DNA of 58,351 bases, counting the filler, from Sphacelaria rigidula (taxonomy: Eukaryota): NCBI GenBank assembly GCA_964200075.2. It is 7 parts of 7 records of this genome, joined end to end, with 100 filler letters (N's around TTAATTAATTAA, not from the genome) between each part and the next. Parts side by side here need not be neighbours in the genome. Positions count along the whole stretch, not along the records: positions 8,352 to 16,602 come from CAXNAA020011772.1; positions 16,703 to 24,952 come from CAXNAA020011773.1; 5 more parts are not named here. The stretch is one strand, 5' to 3'. Under the pieces are notes generated by a model. That model saw nothing but the letters and a program-made list of their open reading frames with translations, did not search any database and was not told where the DNA came from. This document shows, piece after piece, positions 12,755-24,952 of this stretch. The position numbers were made by a program, and so were the translations under genes. Every line of letters starts with the position of its first letter. Within the stretch, counting starts at the first letter, position 1.

Positions 12755-14685
12755 CAAATTTCCGAACGACATCCAATAACACATGCGATGTTTTGTACAG
12801 CCACCATAACTACTGTACATTGAGGTACAACAGCCTCTCTATATATTTCCGACTTGCGTCACCCCCGGGAGGCCCGTACCAACCTCCCGAAGTGGAACCT
12901 TATATACATTTAGTATATAAATGCTAATCGACAGCCGTCGGCTTCTCTTGTTTTAAAGCGCCTTCGTCGTGCAATAGAAAATAACATCTTGCAGGCACCG
13001 CTTGAAAACACAAGCCGTAACTTCCGGCTCATTTCAACGGGGCAGCGTTCCCACAGGAAGGGGCTGGTTCATGTAGGAAAAAAAATGAAAATCCTAGACT
13101 GTTTCGATGAAAACGTTCTCGCATGTGTTGAAACCATTTGAGAAATCCCCCATAAATGTACGAGAGTAATCAACCCCTAGGCGTCTCAGCGATTTTTCTG
13201 TTTGGATACACGCCTCTATCCTTGTATCCTTGTCCACTCGATGCGTTGTGTTTCACAGATGCAGGAACATTCCTACTGCTGTTGTATGTAGCGCACTATA
13301 CCGTACAAACACGTGCTCTGCTGTACAGTAGGTGTTACGATACAGGAACGCTACTGCTCCTCCTACTACTACTGTCTACAACCTGTACAGACTGTACAGC
13401 AAACAACAGGCAACAGGCAACAGTAGTACCATCCACTACTGGGAGCGCTCGTCGTGCTCTGCACTGGTGATGAATAGTACGATACAGAAATACGATCACT
13501 ATCGTCTGGATGGTCTGTGCAGACAGCAGTGGCAGTATGCAGTACTCACTGTGCTTGTAGTCTTTTGTATTACAATTTAGACACTTTCTACGGTAGCCCC
13601 CTCCCCCAAAACCAGCCCAAAAGTGTGACGAAAAAATGGTCATACAGCGCCTGATGTTTGGGTTCAGGCTGCATGAAGCGCCTCATATGAGCGACATCGG
13701 CGAGAACTAACCCAAGCGTGGGAATTCCCAGCTACTAGTTGTGCTCGGCTCTTTCCATTTCGATTTGCGTGAAGATTTTGCCTCCCCAAACCAGGCACTG
13801 TTGGGAGGGGGGCTATCGTAGAAAGTGTCTTTAGCAGTATGATATGGTACTTATGGTCCATTTCAGTAGTAAGCAGCCGCTCCATATATATGCAGTCGGG
13901 GTGGCGTTCAGAGCATCCATACAACGCAGGATGCGCAGTACTTGGCTGGCCGCGAACACCATGGTTGTCAGGTTGCTCGCCTCATCCAGCTCTGCAGTCA
14001 CAATCATTTCGTCATCGAATGAGAAACAGTCTTTGATTTTGACCCGTGTATTGTACTCAGGAGTTGGGTATGTACGAGACAGGGCACAAGAGCTGAAGTA
14101 CAGTATACGTAGGCGGTGTCGCGAGGTTACCTTTTTTGTCAAGACAACTTTTGTTTGGGCCGATTGCTTAGACAAATGAAAACATGTGAACATTTGGCTG
14201 GGATCGTCGATTTTTCGTCTCCAAATAAATCCAAGTTTTGTTTTTCAACACACTCTTTCCCCCGAAGAAGTGGTCAGACAAAAAATCTGAATCAGGGCAA
14301 AAATAAGGCTTTTCTTCCTGATTTCTTTTCGCCGTAAGAAGCGGCCTGACTGCAGGGAAAAAAGGGTTTTATTTCCGTGATGCCCCCGCGCACGAGGCAA
14401 TCAATCATCGTCAAAGGATCCCCCCCCCCCCCCCCCCCCCTCTCGAACAACTGCTCCTTGCTCACACCCTCACCATCGTAGTCGGTGACCATGGTCGTGT
14501 GCTTCTCTAACGTGAACGATCGCGGCTTGTTGATGTTCCTCACGCAAATCTGTCAACAGCAACGAGGAGAAGGGGGCCCGGGGGGTGTTGCCGAGATGAG
14601 CTCCACAAGAGCTGCGAGAAACGATGTCCAGATCCATATCAAGCAACATCAAGGTAACCCTGGCCCTCCTCCCCTCCCGCCGCGC

Positions 14686-15085
14686 CCTGGTCCGGCGAGA
14701 ACCCGGCGTGCTCCGTCCCGGCTTTGCAGTGGTGGACCCCCGATGGGGTTGGCGTCGGTTGGCGATGACGCTATAAAACGTCACTCACTGCGTAAGCTAC
14801 GCAACCACGTTACCGATTGTTTTGCGCGCTTGCGTTTTTTTGCCGTAACCATGATGGTGGTCGAGCTAGATCATGTTGTGCGGCGTGGAAGAACCTCAAC
14901 TCCGCACAATGGGGATGGTCGTAATACGCTAGTGTTTAGCTGGTGAGAGACCCATGGGGTAGTGTATAAGCCGTCGCTATCTCTGGAAATGGCGAAACCA
15001 GAAATGAAGCAACTCAGTGTCGGCTGTCATCCAAATGTAAGATGATCAGCAGGCAACGGGCCGAACAATCTCAGCAGGATGCAGC
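14686..15085 (+). repeat. Dispersed repeat family (copies at about 41250-41652 + and about 25070-25235 -)
   Basis: High similarity across three contigs (GAACCCGGCGTGCTCCG...TTGGCGATGACGCTATAAAAC...GGCTGTCATCCAAATG). Confidence 0.8.
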
Positions 15086-15413
15086 TCACCCTTCATGCGA
15101 TTCGCCGAACACACCACGGCGCTTCGCGCTTGGTGATTGAGTGCGAGCCTGATCCGGCGAAAACCCGGCGTGCTCCGGCCCGGCTTTGTAGGGATACGAA
15201 GTCAATGGTCTGATTACTATGGCATGCATGATCACAAGCACACCTTCCCCCCGCCGCGCCCCGCCCCGGCTTGCGGATCACAGCGAAGGCATACCCCAGT
15301 GGTGACGAATATTATCAGCACAAAGAATGAGGGTACCCTATTCCGCATGCCTCTTAGGGTACATACTTGGAGGAGGTGCAGTCAGGCATGTGTCCGAGCA
15401 GAAACTTTGAAAC

Positions 15414-15416
<3 letters not shown>

Positions 15417-15449
<33 letters not shown>

Positions 15450-15790
15450 GCCTTCTATCCTGGACGCCGGTCGAGACCTTTCGGTATATGTGGTCGCACC
15501 AGTCGTGGTCACACAGCAGGAAGGCCAACGCAGGCGTCATATTGTACAATATTTTTTCCCCACCTTCCTCTTGCGGTGCTTGCCTCAATCTTTATCGCGA
15601 GAGGGGTTTAGTACTCCCTTTCCCTCGTCGATCGTGAAGTCGAATGTTATGTACCCACGACATCGTCGCTCTCCACTGTTGGGCATTGTGTGAGAAAAAT
15701 CCCAGATCGTGTGACTGCACCGAGATTCGAACCCACGACCCAACCGTCTCAAGGTTTCAAGGTTACCATCTGAGCCACCGGAGCGACCGG
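15417..15790 (-). mobile_element. tRNA-derived SINE family A, full length
   Basis: Minus-strand head with A box TGGCTCAGATGG and B box GGTTCGAATC, a unique body and an (AC)n tail. Confidence 0.85.
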
Positions 15791-16353
15791 CTTCTCCGGA
15801 CAAATATGGTCAATAGTTACAACAGACAAAAATTGTACTGCGGTAAGTATAGGGTAAAGTATAAGCTAATTGCAACGACCGTCGGCGGCCGACAAAGGTT
15901 GCAATGGGTCTATGCTTTTGCTGTACAGTTTTTGTCTAATCCAACTATCATAATGACCATATATTATACGTCCATCATGCGACCACGGCTGAACCCATGG
16001 GGGGTCAGTTAGAGTTCGTTGTTGTTGTCTTCACATTAAAAACCGTTCCGATATCTGCGCGGTACATTCGTACTCGGCATCTGATGCGGACGCCTTCCGT
16101 GGTCACAGGCTAGCTACCTATAATAAGGTAATAGTGAATCAAACAAAACAAAAAAAAACATAGTAGACCTAGATTAAAACTCACTAAAGTGCGACAATCA
16201 AGCAATCAAACAATCGATCAATCAACAAATTATCTATTGGAAACTCTTGGAACAAGTTTCACGTGACAGAGTGCGGCGTTTTCAGAGATCATGAACCTTC
16301 GATTTCTAGGTCACCGACGACGACCAAATACATCTTGTATCCATTGATAACAC

Positions 16354-16602
16354 TGTGTGTGTGTGTTGTCGTCCCTTTTATCCTGGGCGCCAGTCAACAC
16401 CTTTCGGTATATGTGGGCGCATCAGCCGGGGTCACACAGGAGGAAGGTCAACACAGGCGTTTTTTCTTTGTTTTCTTTGTTTTTAATACCCCACCCTCCT
16501 TCTGCGGTGCTTGTCTTTATTTTTTATCGCGAGAGGGGTTCAGCAGTCCCTTTCCCTCGTCGGCCGTTTAGTCGAATTTTGTCTACCCACTACATATTCG
16601 CT
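16354..16602 (-). mobile_element. SINE family A, truncated by contig end
   Basis: Tail and body match 15417-15660. Confidence 0.8.
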
Positions 16603-17019
16603 NNNNNNNNNNNNNNNNNNNNNNNNNNNNNNNNNNNNNNNNNNNNTTAATTAATTAANNNNNNNNNNNNNNNNNNNNNNNNNNNNNNNNNNNNNNNNNN
16701 NNAGTGGGATCGCAGCCGGTTCGTTGGATGGTGCCGGTGCACTTTTTGTGGGGGGGCTATCTCGGCATTAGTCTCCAGGGGATTTCAATATTGACACAAA
16801 CCTCCGAGGCCCCAAAATTCACAATCCTCCAGAGGATTGTGAATACCCAAGATCCTCTAGCGGGGATTTCAAAACGGACGGAACCGAGGATGACGTTTGG
16901 AAAATCCTTTACAAGGTAGCCGAATGGCTGCGTGTGCACGCATACTTTTCCCAAGTTAATATTGATGCCGATATCGTAGGTCATCCACACTCGCGGTCAA
17001 AGGGTTGACCCTTCACCGG

Positions 17020-17278
17020 GTGTGTGTTGTCGTCCCATTTGCTTTTGGTACTCCATCTTCCTTCTGCGGTGCTTGCCTTTTCTATTCTATCGCAAGAGGG
17101 GATTAGCAGTCCCTTTTCCTCGTCGACCATCAAGTCGGATTCTGTGTACCCACGATATGGTCACTCTCTACTGTTGGGCATGGAGTGAGAAAAAATCCCA
17201 GATCGCTCGGAGATTTGAACCCACGACCCAACCGTCGAAAGGTTCCGAGGTCACCAACTGAGCCACCGGGGCGACCGG
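17020..17278 (-). mobile_element. SINE family A, internally deleted copy
   Basis: Head CCGGTCGCCCCGGTGGCTCAGTTGG...GGTTCAAATC plus matching body and AC tail. Confidence 0.8.
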
Positions 17279-17445
17279 TACGATTCGGGTAGTCCATCTG
17301 GATCACGCATACTTTTTTCGAGTGAAAATTGATGCCGTTCCAGCAGGTGACCTACCCTCGCGGTCTATCGGAGGGGACCTGAAGAAATGTTCCCAGATGA
17401 TGGTTGGTGGGAAGCATCATGGAATGTTACAAACTAATACCATTA

Positions 17446-17476
17446 CTAACACTAACCCTAACCCTAACCCCGACCC
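17446..17476 (+). repeat. Short telomere-like (CCCTAA)n tract
   Basis: CTAACACTAACCCTAACCCTAACCCCGACCC. Confidence 0.6.
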
Positions 17477-17869
17477 AAGGCGCACGAGACCCTCGGGCGA
17501 GGAGGGTGCATAAATCCCCCTAGGCAAAGTGTGCGGTGGCAGAAATCGAAGCGTCGCGGCAGGCGCCGATTTCGACAATTACACGTTCTGGACGAGCTGG
17601 GTCCACTGCTCATCTGCCCCTACCAGTATGGTTTTTTAGAACTCCATCAACTCTCGAAGGGAGTAGTCATCCCTGTCAACCATTGTGTACGAACATTTCA
17701 TCAGGTCTACCGCTCCCAGGGTCAACGGGTCTCTTGTCATGCTATAGAAGCCAACGTGTCGTGTAAGAACTCGAAAGGTGAATGTCACGCCGTTCGAAAA
17801 AAAAGGTCACTCTCAATTACATATTGAACTCTCAATCTCACGAAAACATTGTTACATACAACATGATCC

Positions 17870-20800
17870 ACCTTACAGCACGGGCGCGGTACTGGCAGAA
17901 AAAACGGTCGAAATATGACGGTGGTAGGTTAGGAACTCGCGCTTTTGTTGTCGTAAGTACAACTAGCTGTACATTAAACCACGTATGATTCGTTGCTGAT
18001 ACGCCGCATAGGTTTGTGTTTCTAATGGATATCAAGAAAAAACCTCAATAAACGAAAGCATGATTGCTTGAGTAATGTTTTCTATAAATCATTTCGTTTG
18101 TTTTGGTAGACGTTGGGCGGCGGGTTTCCATGAGCTATGTGCATACATATAAAAGGTATACACCGACCGTCCAGCATCTTTACCACGCCTGCAGCGAAGC
18201 CGTCGCTTCGAAGCACAGGCGTGTGGACATATTCTCGTACGCACTGTGTGGGATTTGTATTCAGCAGAAGTTGTTGAGAATTCTATTCTTTGCCCAATCG
18301 ATACACGAGTTGAGGGGCGAGAGGATGAGTTTTTTTCAACAATTTTTGTTGCATCTCGGATCCCATCCGCTGATTGCGGTGCAGTATGCGGGACTTGCAC
18401 AGCTGAGGCTGTTCGCAATAATTTCTCTTTTTGCCCAATTGCGGATGACTTGGCGGGCAAAATGAGATCTCACTTCGAGTTTCTTCTCCTGTTCAAATTC
18501 CAAACCTGCCAGTGTGTATGGGATTTGTACAGGAGAAGGAGCTGTTCGAAATAAATCCTTTTTTTCTAATTTGATCAGGCGACAAAAGGATTTATTTCGA
18601 ACAGCTTCTTCTCCTGTTTGAAAATAAATCCTTTTTTAAACCGATTGGAAATCTGACCAAAAGACGATTTATTTTGAACAGCTTTTCTGAATACATAAAT
18701 TTATAGATTTTGTAACAAAAAAAAAAATGGATTTTATTAAATTGAGAGTGCCTCTCTACAGGGTTGCTTACAGGGTGTCGAGAAAAAAAATACACAAAAT
18801 GATGGTTGAAGACGAACGTTTGCAAATGCCGTAAAGGGGTTTTTACAAGAGACTGCGAAGTACCCTGTGCAGCACGTCCTACATGGTGCTATCTGTCCAC
18901 GTGTGAAGGTGCTCGCGAGTGAGTTCTTTTTTTGCCCAACTTCAACCATTGGCGGACGAAATATGGGCTTTATTTATTTGGGATTTGTACAGCCTCTGCT
19001 TTTCGAAATCAATCATTTTTGCCCGATTCCTCATTGGGGTTAGGAATTGTTTCGAACAGCACAGGCTGTACATATTCCAGATTTCCAAAGCACTTGTGCC
19101 TCCAAGGACAACCTAGAGGCCCCAACATGGAAAATTGTCTAGAGGATTGCGAATACTGAAGATCCTCTAGCGGGGATTTCAAAACGGATTGAACCGAGGA
19201 TGACGTTTGGAAAAATCCTTCACAAGGTAGCCGAATGGCCGCGTGTTGGGAGATAGATGCCCATCAACACAACCACCCGATCAGATACTTTTCAGTTGAT
19301 TAGACTCCAACGAAGGCATACCAAAAACCCTAGGGCGGGGGGGGGGCGCAAAACGTGCGTTGCCAGACCTCGAATCGGCGTCTCGGGCGCCTATTAAGAC
19401 AAGAACGCGTTCTGCACACGCTACGTGCACAACCCCTGTGAATGATCCGGATTTTGGTGTCCACACTAAACCAAAGGAGCCAAGTTCACCATAATAGACG
19501 TGAACTCTACTGGCGCGTACAGATACAGCAATCAACCATTTTGATTGTTCGTCCTACTGGACACGGCTTCACAACAACATCACTCCCGCTTCACACGTGA
19601 AGCCTCGTGGTTTTGTTGTTGTTACACACGGCGTCCCGCGAATCGCCCTACGCTTTGAGTGCTCCATCGCCACCGCTGTGTTGTCGCTGCCAGCAAAAGC
19701 CTATCTGTCTGGGGCTTACTTGCAACTTGGGCACAGCCGCTTGTATTACATATGCGTCATTTATTTTGTCGTCCTGCCCCAGCTCAGCGAACTTTCTTCC
19801 CACAACTTTCGCGTGTGTTCGCCACCTTAAAACGCCAACCCTTCGGTGAGAATACACGACGCACGCGCGTCGATTGCATTTTGACGGACGCGCGGGACGG
19901 GCCCCAGCCCGACTGATGAAAAATATCCGTGTATATTGCTTGGTGCACAAGTGAAAAGGGCCTCGTTTTGAGGTCAAGATCGGGCTTCGGATACATACCA
20001 GATATTATACATGGCAACGGTCAATCAAGGTGGTCATACGGTGTACTTTTGCGCCTCTCAAAATCTGGAATTGATGTACGACAAGTTCTGGGCAACTGTC
20101 GATAACATCACACGTGGACAGATAGTACCCTGTAGGACGCGCTACACAGGGTTTTTCACAGTCTTTGTGGGAACCCCGGTACGGCATTTGCAAACCCTAG
20201 TACCTCTACCAGCATTCTGTATAGCGTTTTTCCCGACACACTGTGAGCAACCCTGTAAGCAGCCTTGTGGAGAGGCACTCCCAATATGAAAGTTTCAAAT
20301 TATTTTGTTACAAAATCCGTAGAAGTATTTATTGAGAGAAGCTGTTCGAAGTAAATCATTTTTTGCCCAATGTAAAATGTAATTGGGCTAAATATAATAT
20401 ATATATATATATATTTCGAACAGCTTCTTCTGCTGTACAGATCCCATGCACACTGGCAGATTTGGAATTTGAGTAGGAGGAGCTGCTCGAAATTAATCCT
20501 TACTTAGCCTGCCGATTCATTCAGAAAATGAGCAAAAACAACTTATATTGCGAACAGTCTCAGCTGTGTAAGTCCCACATACTGCACCGTAATCAGCGGA
20601 TGGGATTCGAGATGCAGCAAAACCTGTTGAAAATACCTCATCTTCTTGCTCCCCAATTCCTATGTCACAGCTTTCACTGCATACAAGTCCCACACACTGC
20701 TTATAAGCGTATGTCCACACGCCTGTGCCCCGGAGCGATGCTTCCGCTGCAGTCGTGGTATTAATTGAGTGGCGGTATATACCTCGCACATATATGCACA

Positions 20801-21940
20801 TAGTTCATAAAACCCAGTCGCCCAGTGTGTATCAAAACAAACTCATCATGTAAACGCGTAAAAAAAGCATCGCGGTTATCATACTATATAGAGCTATATA
20901 AACACTTTGCGATGGGGATGTATATAATCACAACAATAAACTGTATACTGGACTGTACATGCAATACCATGCAGGATAATGCCGTACGGTGCTTACACGT
21001 CAGACGCTATATACTGCAGAGTGAACGCGGCATATGCGCCACGTATGGCTATGCAATGGAGATGCTGCAGCTAGCATATTATTTTGATATATGGGGGTGT
21101 TATATACCGTCATGGATTACAGTTCATTCAACTGAAGCACGCAGTAAGCAGGGCGTGAAAAGGACGCGGGGAAAGTACAGCACAGACAGCGCAGGACTAT
21201 ATATTTTCTCTACCTACACTGCGACGTGAAAAGGACGTGAACAACGTGCAGCTTTGTACTGCCTGGACATGCATACACGATGATGAGTGCGTGTATATGC
21301 ACGGTAAGCCGCGCGGTTATGTTCCCCGCGGGGCTGCTATATACCCCGCGTGGTTCGATACGTCGCCGTGCGATGCTGTGGCTATGAAAGAAAGAACTCA
21401 AGTTTCCATGCACCAACAAGATGTAAATCATACCCAACCACAGCAGTGTGTATCTATATATCCCTTTGCTGCCCAACTCGTGCTCTTTGCTGCAGTAGGA
21501 TTGTGCGGTATAGCTGGGATCGAATAAGTGTTGTTGCATGCAGCGGGTAATTGAAATTCCCAGTCGCATAGTATTCGATCGATCTGGATATCTCGGGTCA
21601 TGTTCTGTGCTAAAATGTATACAAGTAAAAGATTGCTGGGGTCCACTACAGGGGTGAATTTACACTCTACATGGAGAGTACGGGTATGTTTTCCTCCAAA
21701 TTTCCCAAGAGGCAGCCATTTTAAGATTACGTGCTCAGCGAAATTGTGCTTCCACTTATGGAAGTTTTGCTTGATATATCCAATAGAAGCACAAAAATAC
21801 AAGATAGGTCAATAACGAATCGTAGGTGATTCAACTTTTCAGTCCAATGTTCTCTCGGCCACAAAAGCGTGAGTCCAATATCCACCCCTGCCATATTTCG
21901 ACCGTTTTTTTCTGCCAGTACCATGCCCGCGCTGTGAGGT
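17870..21940. repeat. Two diverged inverted copies of a CACTA/CMC-like repeat (arms about 17870-18910 and about 20100-21940)
   Basis: Colinear reverse-complement matches: 17881-17925/21890-21930, 17985-18075/21730-21825, 18110-18480/20490-20830 and 18740-18905/20109-20285. Repeated GCTGTTCGAA and GGGATTTGTAC motifs. Confidence 0.75.
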
Positions 21941-21947
21941 GGGGCAT

Positions 21948-22250
21948 ACTTTTTTTTTTCTTCGCACTTTGAACCCTCCCCTTCCTCGGGATGAGTCCGT
22001 GGTCTCAAGGGGTCAACCCATATCTCCCCCGGTAAGCGCCTTATTCTGGTCTCGCGGATCGGGTCAGCACTCCCGCACCGCGTCAACTCACGTCACACGA
22101 ATCCAGTCGACTACTTCGTTTGCTCACTTCCTCACGCTTTCCACGGTGGAAATCATACATTACGAAGAAAACCCCCAACGCATCGGGAATCGAATCCTCG
22201 TTCTCTCCACCCTAATGGCAACAGTCGGACCATTATTACACCACCGCGTC
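21948..22250 (-). mobile_element. tRNA-derived SINE family B, full length
   Basis: Head GACGCGGTGGTGTAA...GGATTCGATTCCCG (A/B-box-like) and poly-A tail. Other copies at about 2444 and about 43283-43470. Confidence 0.75.
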
Positions 22251-22306
22251 GCAGCGGTTGAAATACTGTATGTGCGTCATAAACACTGTACAGCATTTGA
22301 ACAACA

Positions 22307-23893
22307 CACACGCGGCCATTCGGCTCCTGCTTGGAAATCCTATATCGTGATTTTCATCCTCTGGAAGGTAAATGACCCTCTGGAGGGTAAATGACCCTCT
22401 AGAGGTGTTTCATCCCTCTGGAATGGACATGAACGAATCCTCTGAAGGGCATCGGATGCTCGAGTGACTTCTGAGGTCTGAATACCCTGTAGGGGTGTTG
22501 CATTCCTGTGGAATGGACATAAGCGAATCCTCTGGAGGGCATCTGATGCTCCAGTGACTTCTGAGGTCTGAATACCCTGTAGGGGTGTTGCATCCCTCTG
22601 GAATGGACATCAACGAACCCTCTGGAGGGCATCTGATGCTCCAGTAAGTACTTCTCGAGTTTCCCGAATCAGTCCGATATATACATGACCATATCGCTGC
22701 TACTGTGAAATGCATACCCCAGCAATCTTGTCGTACTTTATCACCCGCCATGTTCACAGATAGAACCATGCAAACCCCGCGCACAACACTTATTTTCAGC
22801 TACCACCACAACCCTGCAGGAAAGAGCACGGGTCGGGCACAGGCGCGGCGCCGGAAGCACGCGGGGTACATAGGGTGCGGGGAATGACCGGCTTACTACC
22901 TACACACTCGAGTAATCATGGACAGTGCAGCCATAGACAAAGCTGCGCACGCTGTTCAAGTCATTTGCACGTCTCATTGTGAACAGAAAACATACGTGGT
23001 CCTACACTGTCTGTACTGTACATTGTCCGCTTCCCTTTCACGTCCTACTGACGGTAGTTGTGCGCATGCTGCAAAAACACGCGCGGTGGTCGATACTGCA
23101 GTATCTGACGGTATATAACACCCCCATGTACGCAACGTTACAGGCACCCACTCTGTATAGCCATACGTAGCCCATATGCGACGCTATAACTCTGCAGTGT
23201 ATTGCACCGCACATGTGTAAGCACGATATATAGTACTGTCCCGTACTGTATTGTACGCAGTCCAGTATATACAGCACCAAACCGCGTGCTTATTCTCGTT
23301 GTGATCGTCATATCGCAATCAAAGTATATGAAACACATGTCTTCCTACGACCATGGACTACGGGTTTTTGAAAACCTATATCCGTACAAAAGCGAGGTTT
23401 ATCCCCTCAATGCACCATATACCCACCGGCTAATGCTGTGTAGCGCAGCCGTGTGAACATACTCTCGTATGTGGGACTGGAACAGCATAGGCTGCTCGTA
23501 AACAAGTCTTTCCTTTGCTCAATTACAGGATGAATTGATGGGCAAAAGGAAAATTTGTTTCGAACAGCTTTCGCTTCACAAATTCAACCCACCAGTGTAT
23601 ATGGGATTTGTACAGCCCCTGCTGTTCGAAAAAAATCCTTCCTGCCCGACGTCGGGTATGAAGGATTTCTTTCGAAGAGCAGGGGTTGTCCAAATTGCAT
23701 TTTCCATAGCATGCGCGTGCTTCAAAAATAATCCAGAGGATTTCGACACATACATTCGAGGGAGACCCCAACCTTGAAAACCCTCTGGAGGGTTACAAAT
23801 GCCCAATATCCTCTAGAGGGCATTTAAAAAACGGACGCTAGGTAGGGTTTCGTTTCACACAATCCTCTACAGGTAGCTGAATGGCCGCGTGTG
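22307..23893. mobile_element. Complete non-autonomous CACTA/CMC-like element
   Basis: TIRs CACACGCGGCCATTCGGCT and AGCTGAATGGCCGCGTGTG, CA on both flanks (2-bp TSD), palindromic CCTCTRGAGG subterminal motifs, and a 90-bp tandem array at about 22396-22645. Confidence 0.8.
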
Positions 23894-24217
23894 CAATGAA
23901 CAGTACACGGGGTGACGAAACCCTGTGAAGCGTACTGTATGGCGCAAAAAAATACCCCGCAGCCAAATCCCCGCGAGAAACACTGCACAATTTCCCTGAA
24001 ATCCTGTGAAGCGTGCTGTGTGGCGCAAAAAAACACCCTACAGGCTGGTTCACGCTCATCACCCGAAATTGTGTTACCAAGAAATGCGTTTCGCAATACC
24101 TACCCAATAGTCGCATACATGATATCATACTGATCGCCATAACAACTAAAGAGCGTGACATAGCCGGATTTTTGTGTAAGGACATAGTGGTAGCGGTGAG
24201 GGCGGAAATGTATTTTG

Positions 24218-24952
24218 CACACGCGACCATTCGGCTTCCTGTAGAGGATTTTGTAAAACGGGACCCTCCCTAGCGTGCGTTTTTAAAATGCGCTCTAGAG
24301 GATATTGGGCATATGTAATCCTTTAGAGGATACTGGGTATTTGTAATCCTCTAGAGGGTTTTCAAGGTTGGGGTCTCCCTCGAACGTCTGCGTCGAAATC
24401 CTCTGGGTTGTTTTTGAAGCACGCGAATGCTATGGAAAAGCAATTTGGACAACCCCTGCTGTTCGAAAGAAATCCTTCATACGCGACGTCGGGCATAAAG
24501 GATTTATTTCGAACAGCACAGGCTGTACAAATCCCATTTACACTGGTAGGTGGAATTTATAAAGCAAAAGCTGTTCGAAAAAACATTTCCTCTTGCCTAT
24601 CAATTCATCCTATAATTGAGCGAAGGAAAGACTTGTCTACGAGCAGCCTCTGCTGTTCAAGTCCCACATACGAGTGTATGTTCACACGGTCGCGCTGTGC
24701 AGCATTGGCAGGTGGGTATGTGATGGAGGAAGTGGACATACCTTGCTCCTCTATGCATACAGGTTTTTAAAACCCCGTAGTCCGTGGTCTACGAATCGAA
24801 TGTAAACAGCAAACATGTTTTTCATGCGTGTACTTTGATATGACAATAACGAGAATAAGCACGCGGTTTGGTGCTGTATATACTGGACTGCGTACAATAC
24901 CGTACAGGACAACAGTAATATATATCGTGCTTACACATGTACGGTGCAATAT
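24218..24952. mobile_element. Second, inverted copy of the same CACTA/CMC-like element, cut by contig end
   Basis: Starts CACACGCGACCATTCGGCT and is the reverse complement of about 23198-23893. Confidence 0.8.

Noticed and set aside
15715-15790. Functional tRNA gene
   Set aside because: It has A and B boxes but runs into a multi-copy body and (AC)n tail, so it is a SINE head.
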